NCBI GenBank assembly: GCA_030141605.1
Contig: JAQGDQ010000101.1
Location: forward strand, 62,001-126,000
Origin: Tubiluchus corallicola
Taxonomy: Eukaryota; Animalia; Priapulida
Direction of reading: 5' to 3'
Length of the DNA stretch: 64,000 bases
A program made the translations under genes and the position numbers. The notes under the pieces are model-generated. The model ran no database searches, was not told the DNA's origin, and was given only the letters and a program-made list of their open reading frames with translations. Below, one piece after another: positions 1 through 26,941 of this stretch. Numbering within the stretch: position 1 is the stretch's first letter; each line of letters begins with the position of its first letter.

Positions 1-170
1 GCCGACATCAGTTCCACCTCTATAACAACTAATAAACTATGTCAAAGTCAAGTTACAGAATTCAGGTGTGAGAAGCCAAAATGGCGCACAAATAGAATCA
101 GCAAGCGGGTCACAACACCTATCACCGAGTGCTTATATTGGGTTGCCACAGTGCTAACTTGTACAACGCA

Positions 171-445
<275 letters not shown>

Positions 446-607
446 ATATCCGTTCCTTTCTCCCTTTCATTCTTTCTCACTCCTTGTCTCTCTTTTCCTC
501 TTACTGGCTCTCTAGTTTCCCCTTTCTTTTCCTTCTGTTTCTTTTCTCTTTTTCCCATTTTCCCTTTTGACTTGAAGACCCATTCCATAAGAAACGAGAA
601 ATATTCC

Positions 608-2032
608 TTAACTTTGCTGATACAATAGTCTTCTACGTCTGCAGCATTTGGTGCGGAAAAGTTCACAGAAAAGAATCAAGAATGCAATGCCCAAGCCGAA
701 GAACGCCACCCAAAAGACACTCCGTAGATGGTCTAAATTTATTGACGTCGCACTTACTATTTGGGTTGGTGTCTTCAAGCACCGTTCCGATAGTTGTAGG
801 ACATCATCTAACAACAACTGCACCATTCCAGTTTGTAACAATGATGCTAGACCATAGTTTAGCGGCTCGGTGTATACACTATTTTTAGGAACTGCTAGAG
901 CTAATGTCTGCGCATGCGCTTCAGTAATAGGTGCAAAAGAAAATCTGCATTTTTCGTGTGACTTGTAATCCAGTACAACATCCATCTTTGCAAAAATGTC
1001 GCCTATGAAGAAGGTGTACATTCCTGTTAATGTCAACTCTAAACCTTGTTCGTGGTGGGAAACACGTATCGGTCCTTCCTTCTTCATTTTTGTCCACAAC
1101 TCTCCATACGCAGAATTAGGCGCACTGTTTTCCAACATGGTGGCAGAAGAAAACCTGCCATGAATAACAGTTTTTATGTCGCTGTCTATTAACTCTTCTA
1201 ATGTAGTGAATGGATAGCTTTGTTTGCTAACAAACAATTTGCTGAGCAGCATTCCTGTGTACATGGCTGTGATGATGATAGAAAAGATCCACCACCATCC
1301 AATCATCATCCTTGCCGAAATGGAACAAGGCAGATAGTTTCCACCTTTCTGTAAAAACGTTGACAATGTATACTGTGTAAAATATACGATACGTTGCTTG
1401 CTATATTCAAATTGGCCTTCCTTGTTTTTATGTAAGATAGCTTTTCCTTTCCGGTCAATAACGTAGAGTGCAAAAGAAACTGTTAGACTATAAAACAAGA
1501 GAAGAACCCAGACTCTTGTGGTAAACGGTTTCGTTATGTTGAAATCCTCATACTGGTGGTGAGGTGTGATAAAAACCCTTGAGACATCAGCAATGGAAAG
1601 CAAGAAAGTCATGTCATGCATTCTTTCCGTGTTTTGTACCAGCAATCCAAAGACGTCAAAATTCCCGCTTTTAGCTGTCACCTCTGCTCGCTGTGTAGCT
1701 GATACGTAATCTACGGTGTAACTAAAATTCAAAGTTTCGCCAAGCATGGTGAACAAGTTCAGTGTAAACGGTACCAAGTTATCTCTTTTCCAAAGACCTA
1801 ACCTGAGCTCTTTTCCACTAAGTGAATTGATTCCATGTATATTATAAATATTGTGGGTCAGATTTAAACTGGTCACTGACTGGTTATTATAACCTCCATC
1901 ATACTTTGCAACGGGTCTGTTGATAGTTTCAGTATTCATGCACATTCTACTTGTACTGTCAGCTGAAACGGCCACATTAATCGCAAACGTAATACATGAA
2001 AAGTTCAACCAAGTTTTGCGATGGCAATTCAT
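608..2032 (-). CDS. Divergent Ionotropic Receptor (IR, variant iGluR chemoreceptor), intronless, 474 aa
   Basis: Single ORF with N-terminal signal-like segment, S1 (NTERMHDMTF, conserved Arg), pre-M1 KPFTTRVW, pore STFLQKG, SARMMIGWWWIFSIIITAMYTGML (M3), PFTTLEEL, S2 LAVPKNSVYTEPLNYGLASLLQTG, M4 LRSVFWVAFFGLGIAFLILFCEL. No amino-terminal domain and degenerate SYTANLAAF are typical of tuning/divergent IRs. Confidence 0.88.
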   Translation of the reverse strand: MNCHRKTWLNFSCITFAINVAVSADSTSRMCMNTETINRPVAKYDGGYNNQSVTSLNLTHNIYNIHGINSLSGKELRLGLWKRDNLVPFTLNLFTMLGETLNFSYTVDYVSATQRAEVTAKSGNFDVFGLLVQNTERMHDMTFLLSIADVSRVFITPHHQYEDFNITKPFTTRVWVLLLFYSLTVSFALYVIDRKGKAILHKNKEGQFEYSKQRIVYFTQYTLSTFLQKGGNYLPCSISARMMIGWWWIFSIIITAMYTGMLLSKLFVSKQSYPFTTLEELIDSDIKTVIHGRFSSATMLENSAPNSAYGELWTKMKKEGPIRVSHHEQGLELTLTGMYTFFIGDIFAKMDVVLDYKSHEKCRFSFAPITEAHAQTLALAVPKNSVYTEPLNYGLASLLQTGMVQLLLDDVLQLSERCLKTPTQIVSATSINLDHLRSVFWVAFFGLGIAFLILFCELFRTKCCRRRRLLYQQS

Positions 2033-2712
2033 TTCTCTAATAGCATGATTAAGCTACGCGGGAAGCATTGCTCTTACTCACTTAGTTTATTTAGTGATCA
2101 AATCTTGCTATTCGAATCTTGTCAAAATGACGTCAGGAAAAACATGTCGATGCACTGCAAATGTATGTTGTTACTCAAATGTAGATATCTGTATTCTGTA
2201 ATGGTTATCACTAATCTTATACACCCCACATAATAGTCCAAGATCAGATACCTCTTGTTGTGTAAGCCTATTATCGCATCGTGTGTTGCTGCCTGTGCAC
2301 TATAAGACACACTCAGTCGTAGTAAACTGGCACAGCGACGATCTTGTCTGTTTCAATTCAATAAAATGTCAAATCTTTCTAAGCTTACTCGTACATGCAG
2401 TAATGGTGATATGATTAATGTTTACATAATGTATGTGGTCTAATGTGTTTCTGTGTTTATTTGAGGACACTGTACACACTGAAGTGATGTCAACTGTGTC
2501 AGTTAATCTTTGAAAACAATGGTGTGTTCACATTAGAATCATTACATATCATTGTCGATGTTGCAAGCATATTTGCAGTTATTTACACAATGTTACAAGC
2601 ATATTTGCAGATCATTATTTGCAGTGACACACTAAACAGGTCGTGCATGAACGAAATTCAAGCCTACTCGGTTAAATATTAATGTAATTGGCGCCATGTT
2701 TTTAATTTTTAG

Positions 2713-5700
2713 AAAGTTGGCACGTGGACAATCGATAGAATGGGCAAACATAATCTCACGATTACGAAAACCTACGAGGAAAGGACCGTAGATACGGCAG
2801 CGTTTCTCAACGGAACAAAATTAAGAGTCACATCTATTTTAGTAAGTGAATCGAATGTGCTAAAATCTAATGCACCTTATTATCACTAATAACACAATAA
2901 GCTATTTATCATAACATAGCAATTAATTTAACTAGTAAGCCTGTAAGCGCTGGGGCGGGTCTACGAAATATCAGCAGCGCTACTTGCGCCACAGTCCAAC
3001 ATTAATTAGAAACCGTTCAGGAAATAGGTCTCTTAAAGGAACAAAGGCAATTGCCAAATACATTAAGTGACAGGATCACGAGGGATTAAAACACGCAAAG
3101 TCCCATTACTTTCCTAAAAATGAAATTACGTGTCCGTCAAAGTCTTGTAGTTCAAGCAGTCAACTATGTCTACCAAGTATAACTAACAATATTCTTGTCT
3201 ACCATGTATAACTAACAATATCAAAGTATTATTGACCAACTTTTTGAAAAGATCTTTTTTAATTATGTTTAAAGTACATTTGGTAATCATGTAGCGTATC
3301 GACAACGTTGACTTGCTGACTAAAAAACAACCTCTGTGGATATAACTATGATGTATATGTTTCAAAATCCACAATATTAATAATTACTGTTACCGATCTC
3401 ACACTAAAAATCATATATGTGTCCCAGGATTTCATGCAGTCAATTTAGCTGCTACCCAACATAAAACCGATAATTATTACATGCTACATAAAAAGGCACG
3501 ACAAATTTACAGTTTTATTACTCCACATTACCACATATTATTAAAGGCGCGCTAATTACATTAGTTCAATAGTAATTTCATAAGGCGGCGCTATCAACGC
3601 TACGCGGTACTAATGATAGTGTGTTATGCATACTTTAGACACTTTCTGACGCCCATAAACAAGAAGTAAAATCTGGAGCGCTTTTAATTAAGATGAAGAC
3701 GTTTAGAAAAACATAACTAAAAGAAAACATAAATAGCCTTTGTTTGCCATAATTTACTTCTACTAGTGTTACAATGATAGTTTTCGTACTGTTGGTTGTA
3801 GATGGCGTTATTATGCAAGTATATATAATCAGTCGGTCGTATAGCTACGTTCTGTCTAATTGCTTGGTATACTGCCTCTTGTATGCAGTTTATAATTCAT
3901 ATGTGCATTGTACTTTTACTTTGCATACGTAAGATTTTAATTGACGAACAAAGATTACAAACCGATCCTGAGCAAAATTGTGTACCTTTCTTACCCTTCC
4001 AATCCTACTTCTGTATTATTCCTACGCGTACTGTACTGTTATTTTACATGTAGGAGCCACCATATTTAATGCTAAAAACCGGAACCTTGAATAAAGACGC
4101 TGTTGGGAACAAGCGGTTCGAAGGTTACTGCGTGGAACTGATGGACGCCATCATTACCTTCCTCAAAGAGTCAGATCTTACAAGGAAGTATGTCTCGCAT
4201 TTGGATTATGAGATACATCTGGTGGAAGATGGCAACTACGGGGCACCAGGAAAAGATGGAAGGTGGAATGGAATGATTGGGGAGCTAATTAATGGGGTAT
4301 GAATCTGATTAAAATCTGACGACAAGAGTTGCCAAGTTGTATAACTAGTATGGCATTGCCAGGCATGGCAAAAAACTAAAATATTTGTTCTGCATGTTTC
4401 CCTGATGCACACAGCTGGTGCAGCGATGAGCTTTTAACCCAATTTTCAGACAAACTGCAGTCTTCTTAATCAAAGTAACTTTTATGAATATGAACAGAGT
4501 CCAATGGCTTAAGAAGTTTCTTCTTATACAGACTAGCCACAAGGCTAATGGCCATTCAAGGTAAGGGCTACAGCTAATCGTGGAAATGTGAATACTGATT
4601 AAGAAGAACAATGTAAGTGATTTGCTTGTTATAGCAGGTATTTTTGACCGCCTATCCAGCATTCTTCTTGAAGCAAGAGAGTTTGTCGTTAGCGGGAAAG
4701 TTTTGTGGGGTAGATTCACAAATAGCTGTTCGGCAGGTAGAAACTCGAGCAACAAAATGAATTCTCCAAGTGAGCTGTCCTAATTTAACGAAGAAGGATC
4801 CGGAGAACGTCTCTTGATAGAAGCCATAAAGTAATGGCAAAAACGGTTTAATTCATCAATAGAATTTTGATGAGCAATGGATTGCGAAGATGACCCAAAA
4901 CAGACATAACCCAATTAGAAATTTAGTATGATTTTGGAACTACTTCAAGTGCTACAGACACAAAATTATAAGCATTATAGCAGACTGCCTTGCAGGTCAA
5001 CACTCACAAATGTCAGTCATTAATGCAAAATAACATTTTACTCAATAAAATGTGAGCTGAAGTGTAAAATTGACACTTTTTTGCAGAAAGCTGATATGGC
5101 CGTTGCGCCTCTGACTATCACTCACAGCCGAGAAGAGGTTATGGACTTCACCAAACCATTTATGACGCTCGGCATTAGCATTCTCTTCAAAAGACCAGAG
5201 AAAAAGCAGCCGAAATTGTTTGGGTTCCTAGAACCACTACACTGGAAGGTATGGATGTACATGAGCGTGGCATATCTGACAGTATCAGTCTTGCTATTTG
5301 TCCTTGCTCGATTCTCCCCGTATGAATGGTACAATCCGCATCCTTGTAACCAAGACTCCGATCTAGTCGAAAATCAATTCAGCTTGCCAAACAGTCTGTG
5401 GTTCACTATTGGATCGCTGATGCAACAGGGTTGTGAAGTTATGCCAAGAGCGACATCTACCAGACTCGCCAGTGGCATCTGGTGGTTCTTCACGCTGGTT
5501 ATGATATCATCGTACACAGCAAATTTGGCAGCTTTCCTCACTGTAGCCAGAATGGTGACGCCAATCGAAAATGCCGATGATCTTTCGAAGCAGACAGAAA
5601 TCAAATATGGCTGTCAAGATAGTGGATCAACAAAACTCTTTTTCAAGGTAAATGTTTTAACAAAATAAATGTCACGGGTAAGACCAAATGTTGGTGATGC

Positions 5701-8222
5701 TTGTGGTTGCTGGTGTTTTTTATTTTATTTTTATGTTCTTGTTTTGCCCAGATTATGGAAAACCAGAAAAAAACAGTCTTACATTCATGCCAAAATTGTG
5801 AAAAGTCATTAATCAGAAGAGTTAAACTGCTTTCACTTTATGAGGACAAGAATTTATAATAGATGGCTTTAACCTATTCCTGTCCACAACAACAACGGCG
5901 ATGACAATGACGATGATATATGATAAGGACATGGGTCACATTCTTGGAGCAGGTCTAATTATACTAAAATTATAGTTGTTATAGTTGTCATAATAAGACT
6001 TCTTACTCAACAGGAATCAAAAATACCAACGTATGAAAGAATGTGGTCATTCATGGCAGCCAATCCAGATGTGTTTGTGCCTAACAGTTCAACGGGTATA
6101 AACAGAGTGAAACAGGGAAAATATGCTTATTTAATGGAGTCAACCATGGTGGAGTATGCTGTTGAGCGCAACTGTGATTTACAACAAGTTGGTGGCCTTC
6201 TAGATTCTAAAGGATATGGAATAGGAACTCCAAGAGGTAGATGTTTTCTGTTATTATTTATTCAGTATTTATGACTACATGGCACTAATACACAAAATCC
6301 ATTACAATACAATACAATACTTCCACTACAAGCAAGGCAGGATGGTGGCTCAGTGTTGCAGTGAGTGGCAGAACTGTGGCTCAGTGATGTGGTCAGCAGC
6401 AGGACTGTGGCTCAGTGTAGCAAAACTGTGGCTCAGTGTTGTGGTGAGTGGCAGAACTGTGGCTCAGTATTGTGGTGAGTGGCAGAACTGTGGCTCAGTA
6501 TTGTGGTGAGTGGCAGAACTGTGGCTCAGTATTGTGGTGAGCGGCAGAACTGTGGCTCAGTGATGTAGTGACTGACAGAACTGTGGCTCAGTGTTGTGGT
6601 GACTGCCAGAACTGTGGCTCAGTGTTGTGGTGACTGCCAGAACTGTGGCTCAGTGCAAACGCATTTCTGATAATTAAATAATAAATTAAAAACTTAATTA
6701 ATGATAGGTAAGCCCAACTATTGATGACATCACAAACTAACATAATTTTCAGCTGCAAAAATATTCCACGAGCGTGTTGCACATGTTTGCGAAAGCGATA
6801 ATCAAAATACAGTGCTACTGTAAGTTATTCAGTGTGCTGTACTAAAAACAGGCAAGTCTTAAGATAAAAATTCAAATTTCAAATTTACCACTGTGCTCAC
6901 GCACGAGCTATCGAACGTGTGTAGTTCGTCACAAACTGACATATCTGAAATGAGAGGTAGAGCACCTGTTTTTTGTACAATGTTTCCGAAATGCAGGCCA
7001 TAGTGCCCATCTAACTAGCGAATGGTGCAATGCATGTATCAACTAAGAACTAGTGGCGCAAATGCAAAATTGTGTTTGTTTGGTAATAATTCTTTCACGT
7101 AAGTCATTTTTGATATTTCCTTTCAATATTTTAAAGAGTAGATTGTTTTGACCTACAGTTTAAGATTGGGTCTGGTTTTGTTTTCAACTTCCTCATAGGA
7201 TCACTGCTGAGAGACCTCTTATCCAGTGCCATCCTCAACCTAACTGAAGAATCACAGTTGCATCTGATCAAGGACAAATGGTGGAAACAGCAAAAATGCA
7301 AAGCTGTAGTTGACGTGAACAAAAAGAGTGAGGCAAGTAACTTGGACACGGATACGCTAGGTGGAGTGTTTGTAGCATTAATGGCAGGGATTGGTTTGGG
7401 CGTTCTCTTTTGCTTGTTGGAATTCTTGTGGAAGAGACATCAACAGTCTTATTTGGAGCAGGTATGACGATAATTAGAGCCTGATAATTTCATCCTAGAA
7501 ACATAGAAATAATAAAGGATGTTTAGCTCATAAATGGTACATTATAAACTCAGGACATATATACATTGATCAATGATCTAATACACATATGGCCTATAAT
7601 GCCGACCTATGGGTGATCTGTTTGAATATAGGCTTGACCACTTGTCTAATCAATTTTAAAATTACAGCAAGTAAAATACATCGAAAGAAAACTAGGTCAG
7701 TTACTCCCATATTAATTTGGAATACATTGGATTAGATTGAATCGATCCAGTCCAGTCCATACCAAATTTGTTAGAATAGAATTGACTGAAGTTAGTTCAA
7801 AGTTCAAAAATAAGTATTTGTTTCCTTTCAGAAACATACAAGTAAACAACAAAAAGCTCCCCTAGTTCACCAGGCATACTATGGAGTAAAAAAAGAAAAC
7901 ATTATACATGTAGTAACATTACAGTGTACAATATAGACATTAACAGAAGTGTATTTTTGCACTATATTAATTACATTTTTTATATTTGTTTACATTCTAG
8001 AAATCATTGTGCACAGCAATGTGGGAGCAATTCATGTTTGCCATAAACATCCTAGCCAAAGAAGATGAGCCGCCGCCGGCTGCTCCCCTGCGGAAACAGC
8101 AACTAGAATACAAGTATCTGCAAAGGAATGGTTTATCTGCAAATCCGCTACTGAACAGTGGCTCACCATATTCAGGACATTCTGTCAATGTGCCTTCAGG
8201 ATTTGACTCAATGTCTACATGA
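2713..8222 (+). CDS. Kainate-type ionotropic glutamate receptor, 3' part (6 coding exons; ATD exons lie upstream of the window)
   Basis: Exons 2713-2841, 4054-4296, 5087-5647, 6014-6236, 7199-7461, 8001-8222, all with AG/GT boundaries and continuous frame (547 codons incl. stop). Motifs [105 protein letters not shown] are characteristic of GRIK/kainate receptors. Confidence 0.93.
3167..3221. repeat. Short tandem duplication (29-bp period, 2 copies)
   Basis: tgtctacca(a/t)gtataactaacaatat occurs twice, 29 bp apart. Confidence 0.8.
6345..6655. repeat. 31-bp minisatellite, about 11 copies, in kainate-receptor intron
   Basis: Unit gtgagtggcagaactgtggctcagtattgtg repeated head to tail with variants; one unit shortened. 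Confidence 0.95.
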
Positions 8223-8523
8223 CAAATGAATACCCTCAGTATTGTAAAGCGGCAAGCCTTGAAACTAAGAAAACCGGATGTGTTTAGAAGTTCCAAACTT
8301 TCAAATTTGGAACTGAATGCAGCTTATTTTGACTCCAACTGTGAATTTGGTGCTACTGGACGTCTATATATTGATGTACTTGTTTTGCTATACAAACTGA
8401 CCCAGTGAAAGTCTTAGCAAATTAGAATTGTGGAAATTTGATGATGGTACTGATTGTCTTGAAATTTTGTTTCATCAGGTTTTTTATTTTGCTCTCAGAC
8501 ATTCCCGTGAGGTGTGTTATTAA

Positions 8524-8573
8524 GGTAAAATACAGGAAAATAATGCTATGGTAAAATACAGGAAAATAATGCT
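8524..8573. repeat. Tandem duplication (26-bp period) in 3' UTR region
   Basis: ggtaaaatacaggaaaataatgct at 8524 and 8550. Confidence 0.85.
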
Positions 8574-9260
8574 TTTCAGAGAATTTTGCATTTTGCATTT
8601 ACACAACTATAACCTGTACTCACTGTAGATTTATTTACTGAACAATTTCCTTGCAAAAAAATCTGTAAACAGTGCAGAAAAGGGAAAATGAAACATTTGT
8701 CGTGTATTCAAGTTGGTCATTTTTTTGCAAATATTAAGTAACATTGTTGATAACTCTGCATATGTAGGAAGAAACAGTATGAAGTGTTTGTATTTATAAG
8801 AGAGATTTTGCCCCTTTAAAAATTCTTATGTAAAACAAAAAACTCATCGTAATCCATTACTGTGAAGGCAAATAAAACATTCAAAAGAAAAAGACTATAC
8901 GCCTGTGACTCTGACATAGCAATTGAAGAAATATTGCAATTGATAATATAAACAGTGCCATTGTTTACACTGTACATTTTATTCATAATAATTTACATAT
9001 TAATAACTTATGTATTTGTTACACTCTTGCTGTACATAATATCTGTAAAAATGGTGTGTTAAAGTGTGCACAATTTAACCAGTATCATAATTATGAAATG
9101 ATGGAAAGTTTACAGACATGCATGTTAGTATTTGAAATGTTTTAAACATGAGTTGATGTTAATAATAGTAATTAAAACCTGATAAGTTAACATCAGGGCT
9201 GACTTTTTAAACAGTGATTTCTCTAACAAGAAAACACATGCCCAAAGCAAGTTACTAATA

Positions 9261-9346
9261 CAGTAAACTATGTATAACTGTTCGAGATCTGTTCAAGATA
9301 TGCAAGAATTCGAGTTATACCAGTTCAAGTTATACGTAGTTTACTA
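9261..9346. mobile_element. 86-bp pogo/Tigger-type MITE
   Basis: TIRs cagtaaactatgtataac / gttatacgtagtttacta (2 mismatches), flanked by TA on both sides. Confidence 0.7.
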
Positions 9347-9744
9347 TACATTACAGTTAATAAGCTATGAACCCGCTTTTAATGAAGAACTCATCAAGGT
9401 AGAAAAGGCCTTGGCAACTACTGTTTGTTATAATTAGCTCACGAATTTGCAATTTTTGCTGGAAATAATTCTAGTGCAACAACAAAAATGTATTTCAAAA
9501 AGGCATTTTTCTGAAACACCCGATAGGAACAAGTACGGCACACTAGATAAATGGCTACTTCTTGTTAACAATGTTTAAAAAATTTGACCAAATAATAAAA
9601 AAGGAAAAGAAGACTGTCACTGTTGAATAATTTACCTTACCATATTGACAACTTACTATTTACAGGTAAATCTATACTCACAAAATTAGTTTATTTCAAA
9701 GAATCAGGAATTTTTTAAAACAATACAAGCCAAGGAAGTGTACA

Positions 9745-24235
<14,491 letters not shown>

Positions 24236-24372
24236 TTGAGTTTTCAAATTCAGTCTCTGAAATATCCTGCTCAGTGAGTCTGATCTACATCAAACAAGTC
24301 AACAACCAGCATAGAGAATAATCCTCAGACTGATTTGCTCTGAAAAAACAATAAAGATTATCGATTTTATTA

Positions 24373-24764
24373 ATTAATTAGATTATGACTGCAACTACCA
24401 GTATTTTTATAAACCATTAATATTCATTTTAACAATTATTACGCAAATCGGGTAATGGAGAGTTTGGAGAAAAAAAGGAGAAGCTGAAAAACTGTGAATT
24501 AGTCGGGATTTGAACCAGAGACCTGGGATTAGTACTTCAATGCAGCTGAGCTACCAGTCAACATGAAAGAGCAGGCCTTAGATTTCCTCCTTATAGCACA
24601 CAATCAAACAGCCTCACCTGTACCCATGACAACAGGAGGACACTTATGGTATCAACAGTTTTCTCAAATTAGCTAGCAACTAATGATATCATTGATTAAT
24701 TAGATTACAACTGTATTCGTCTGAATGTTTACAAACCATTGCAGGTTATTTTAACGATTATTAC
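24373..24764 (-). mobile_element. tRNA-derived repeat bracketed by ~70-bp direct repeats
   Basis: Minus-strand A-box-like tggtagctcagc and B-box ggttcaaatccc (24505-24556); diverged direct repeats attaattagatta...ttattac at 24373-24442 and 24695-24764. Confidence 0.55.
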
Positions 24765-25339
24765 CCGTTTTGCCAATTACCGATTTTACTCTGTAATTAT
24801 TGAGTACTTTTAGCCTTAAAATTTGTATTACAGTAACATATTTACATCTGGTAGCTAGAAACATACTAGTAATATAGTGATAAAACTGTGTACACATACA
24901 ATCATAAAACATATTTGTCAAACAGTCATAGTCACAAGAGATTACAGTACAGTAACATCCAAATACCAAGAAATAATAGTCATACAGTGGCTTACAGTCA
25001 TTTCGTCACCAAGAATACATAATTAATCACAAGAAAAATTACAACAGCAAAGTAGATAAACGATCAATTACAATACAAGAACATTTGTCCAGATTACAGA
25101 CAAATCCACATTACCAAAGGTTAGAAAAACAGGTAAATGTACAGGCAAAAAAATTTGCTAAAGCATTATTTAAGTAACTACCAACAACCAAAATTGTATT
25201 TCTGTTTTAAGCCATGAAATACAGAAGATAAACAAACTATAATGTTCTTTAATTTTAGCTTCTCTACATTTGCATTTAAGTACTGATATTTCAGCAAATG
25301 TCAACTGATTATTTTGAATCTACAGCATCACTTATACAA

Positions 25340-25660
25340 TGAAACAAAATAAGATAGTGTTCTTCTGCAACTTGTGATGGTTATAACCATAAGAAAGGTC
25401 AAAACACCCATTAAGTCTCAAAAAAAAATATTTTTCTCAGAACTTTTCATCTCTCGAAAAATTACATCAGTTGAAATCAGTTTGATGTAGGCCTATATGC
25501 TGAAGGATATAAGCTATATCAAGATGTAGTCTATATCGAACTCTGTACTCTTAGGCTATATCAAGTTGATTTCAGCTGATGAAGTCCATGAGGGACGAAA
25601 GTGTATGAGAAAAATAAAGAAATTTTTGAGACTTAATCAGCAGTTTGACTTCTTCCACAG
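25340..25660. mobile_element. Penelope-like inverted pLTR pair with two hammerhead-like cores
   Basis: Near-palindromic element; right arm carries tttcag-CTGATGA-A-GTCC-atgag-GGAC-GAAA followed by aataaa; left arm carries a degenerate reverse-complement copy (25435-25476); flanks match 16848-17074. Confidence 0.65.
25570..25610 (+). ncRNA. Minimal type I hammerhead ribozyme motif (probably degenerate at the cleavage site)
   Basis: Stem I tttcag/(c)tgaga, CUGAUGA 25576-25582, stem II GUCC/GGAC, GAAA 25597-25600; stem III/NUH region diverged in this copy. Confidence 0.6.
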
Positions 25661-26941
25661 TTACATTGAAGCAACTTGACCTTGGTATTAATATGCACAT
25701 AGGTTTCATAGTAAGCAGATTTTTGTAGTGATATAAAATCTCAGAATGTAATTTTTTTAAATTTTATTTGAAACCTTAGTCCTATGGATGCTGGATAACA
25801 TATAGTTTATTGTAATTTGCATTTACCTTTTGATAACACAGAAAACCTTGCAAGTGACTATGTTTGGGTTATTGAGATTTATTTGTCATAGTTTCATGTC
25901 AGAATAAACAGAGATTCTCAGTCAAGATAACAAGAAAAAAATACGATTCACACATTTGTGTATTCTTACACGCCAAACGTCTAGATATAAGAAATAACAC
26001 ATAAAAACATATAATTATGGTACATTTTTATTCTCAAGTAATTAAAAACAAAAGAAAGATATATACCACACTAATATAACACATCCTCTAACAACAGGTA
26101 TGAGTTACTAACTTGATTGTGTTTTGTGAAAGTTACCCAACACTAGCTAATCTGAAAATAGATAAATTGAAACAAAATTTTCAAGTTAAACAAGACATTT
26201 AAATGATACTTCTGCAGCATTGACAATCTGGCATATTAGAACTTTGGAAAAAAATAATTAAAATTTGGTGATCATTAAAATCTTTATTCGTCAGTATCAA
26301 AGCTCTAACTATGCCTGCAAATGGTACACAATTTACTTATGACTACATGGGAATGAGTTTAGCACCTTAAAGTAAAATTTTATCCAATACAAAGAGTTCA
26401 TATAATTTTCTTGCTAACAAATAATAATCTTTGCAATAAATTTAATTAATCAAATACTCAGGATCAGTACACATTAGTTGCAAATTGCTGTGCCTAATAA
26501 TTCATCAACTATAATTATAAAAATAATTCTGTTTGGGACATAGTCCAGGGATGACATTTTATGTCAATATTTATTTCCAAGGTTGTCCGAATTATTATTA
26601 CCCACATGTTACTTTGATAAACTCGCGTACTTGGTCAAACAACCAGTGGTACAATTTTTGAAATCTTTGTTATGACTAAATCGGGAGTTGAACCCTCAAA
26701 CTGCCAGGTAAGAAGCGAGCACACAAGCATTGTACAATTAATTAGAGCAATATGACAGTTATTTTAAGTTTATAAGAAACTTAACATTTTAAGAAAATAG
26801 ATGCTGCACTAAACTTACAAATACTTTTAAGTTTGAACCAAAAGCTACCAATTTCAAAGCAGTTTAAGATACCAATTAATAAAATGCCAATAACGGTAAG
26901 GTTTACTCAAATCTGCATTTAAACTTCGCAAGCCGGTATAG

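Noticed and set aside
4345-4840. Minus-strand ORFs in the kainate intron as a second nested IR
   Set aside because: No iGluR/IR or other recognisable motifs in the frames examined.
6279-6655. Regularly spaced repeat resembling a CRISPR array, and ORF 6279-6509
   Set aside because: Intervening sequences are near-identical rather than unique spacers; eukaryotic intron; no cas genes.
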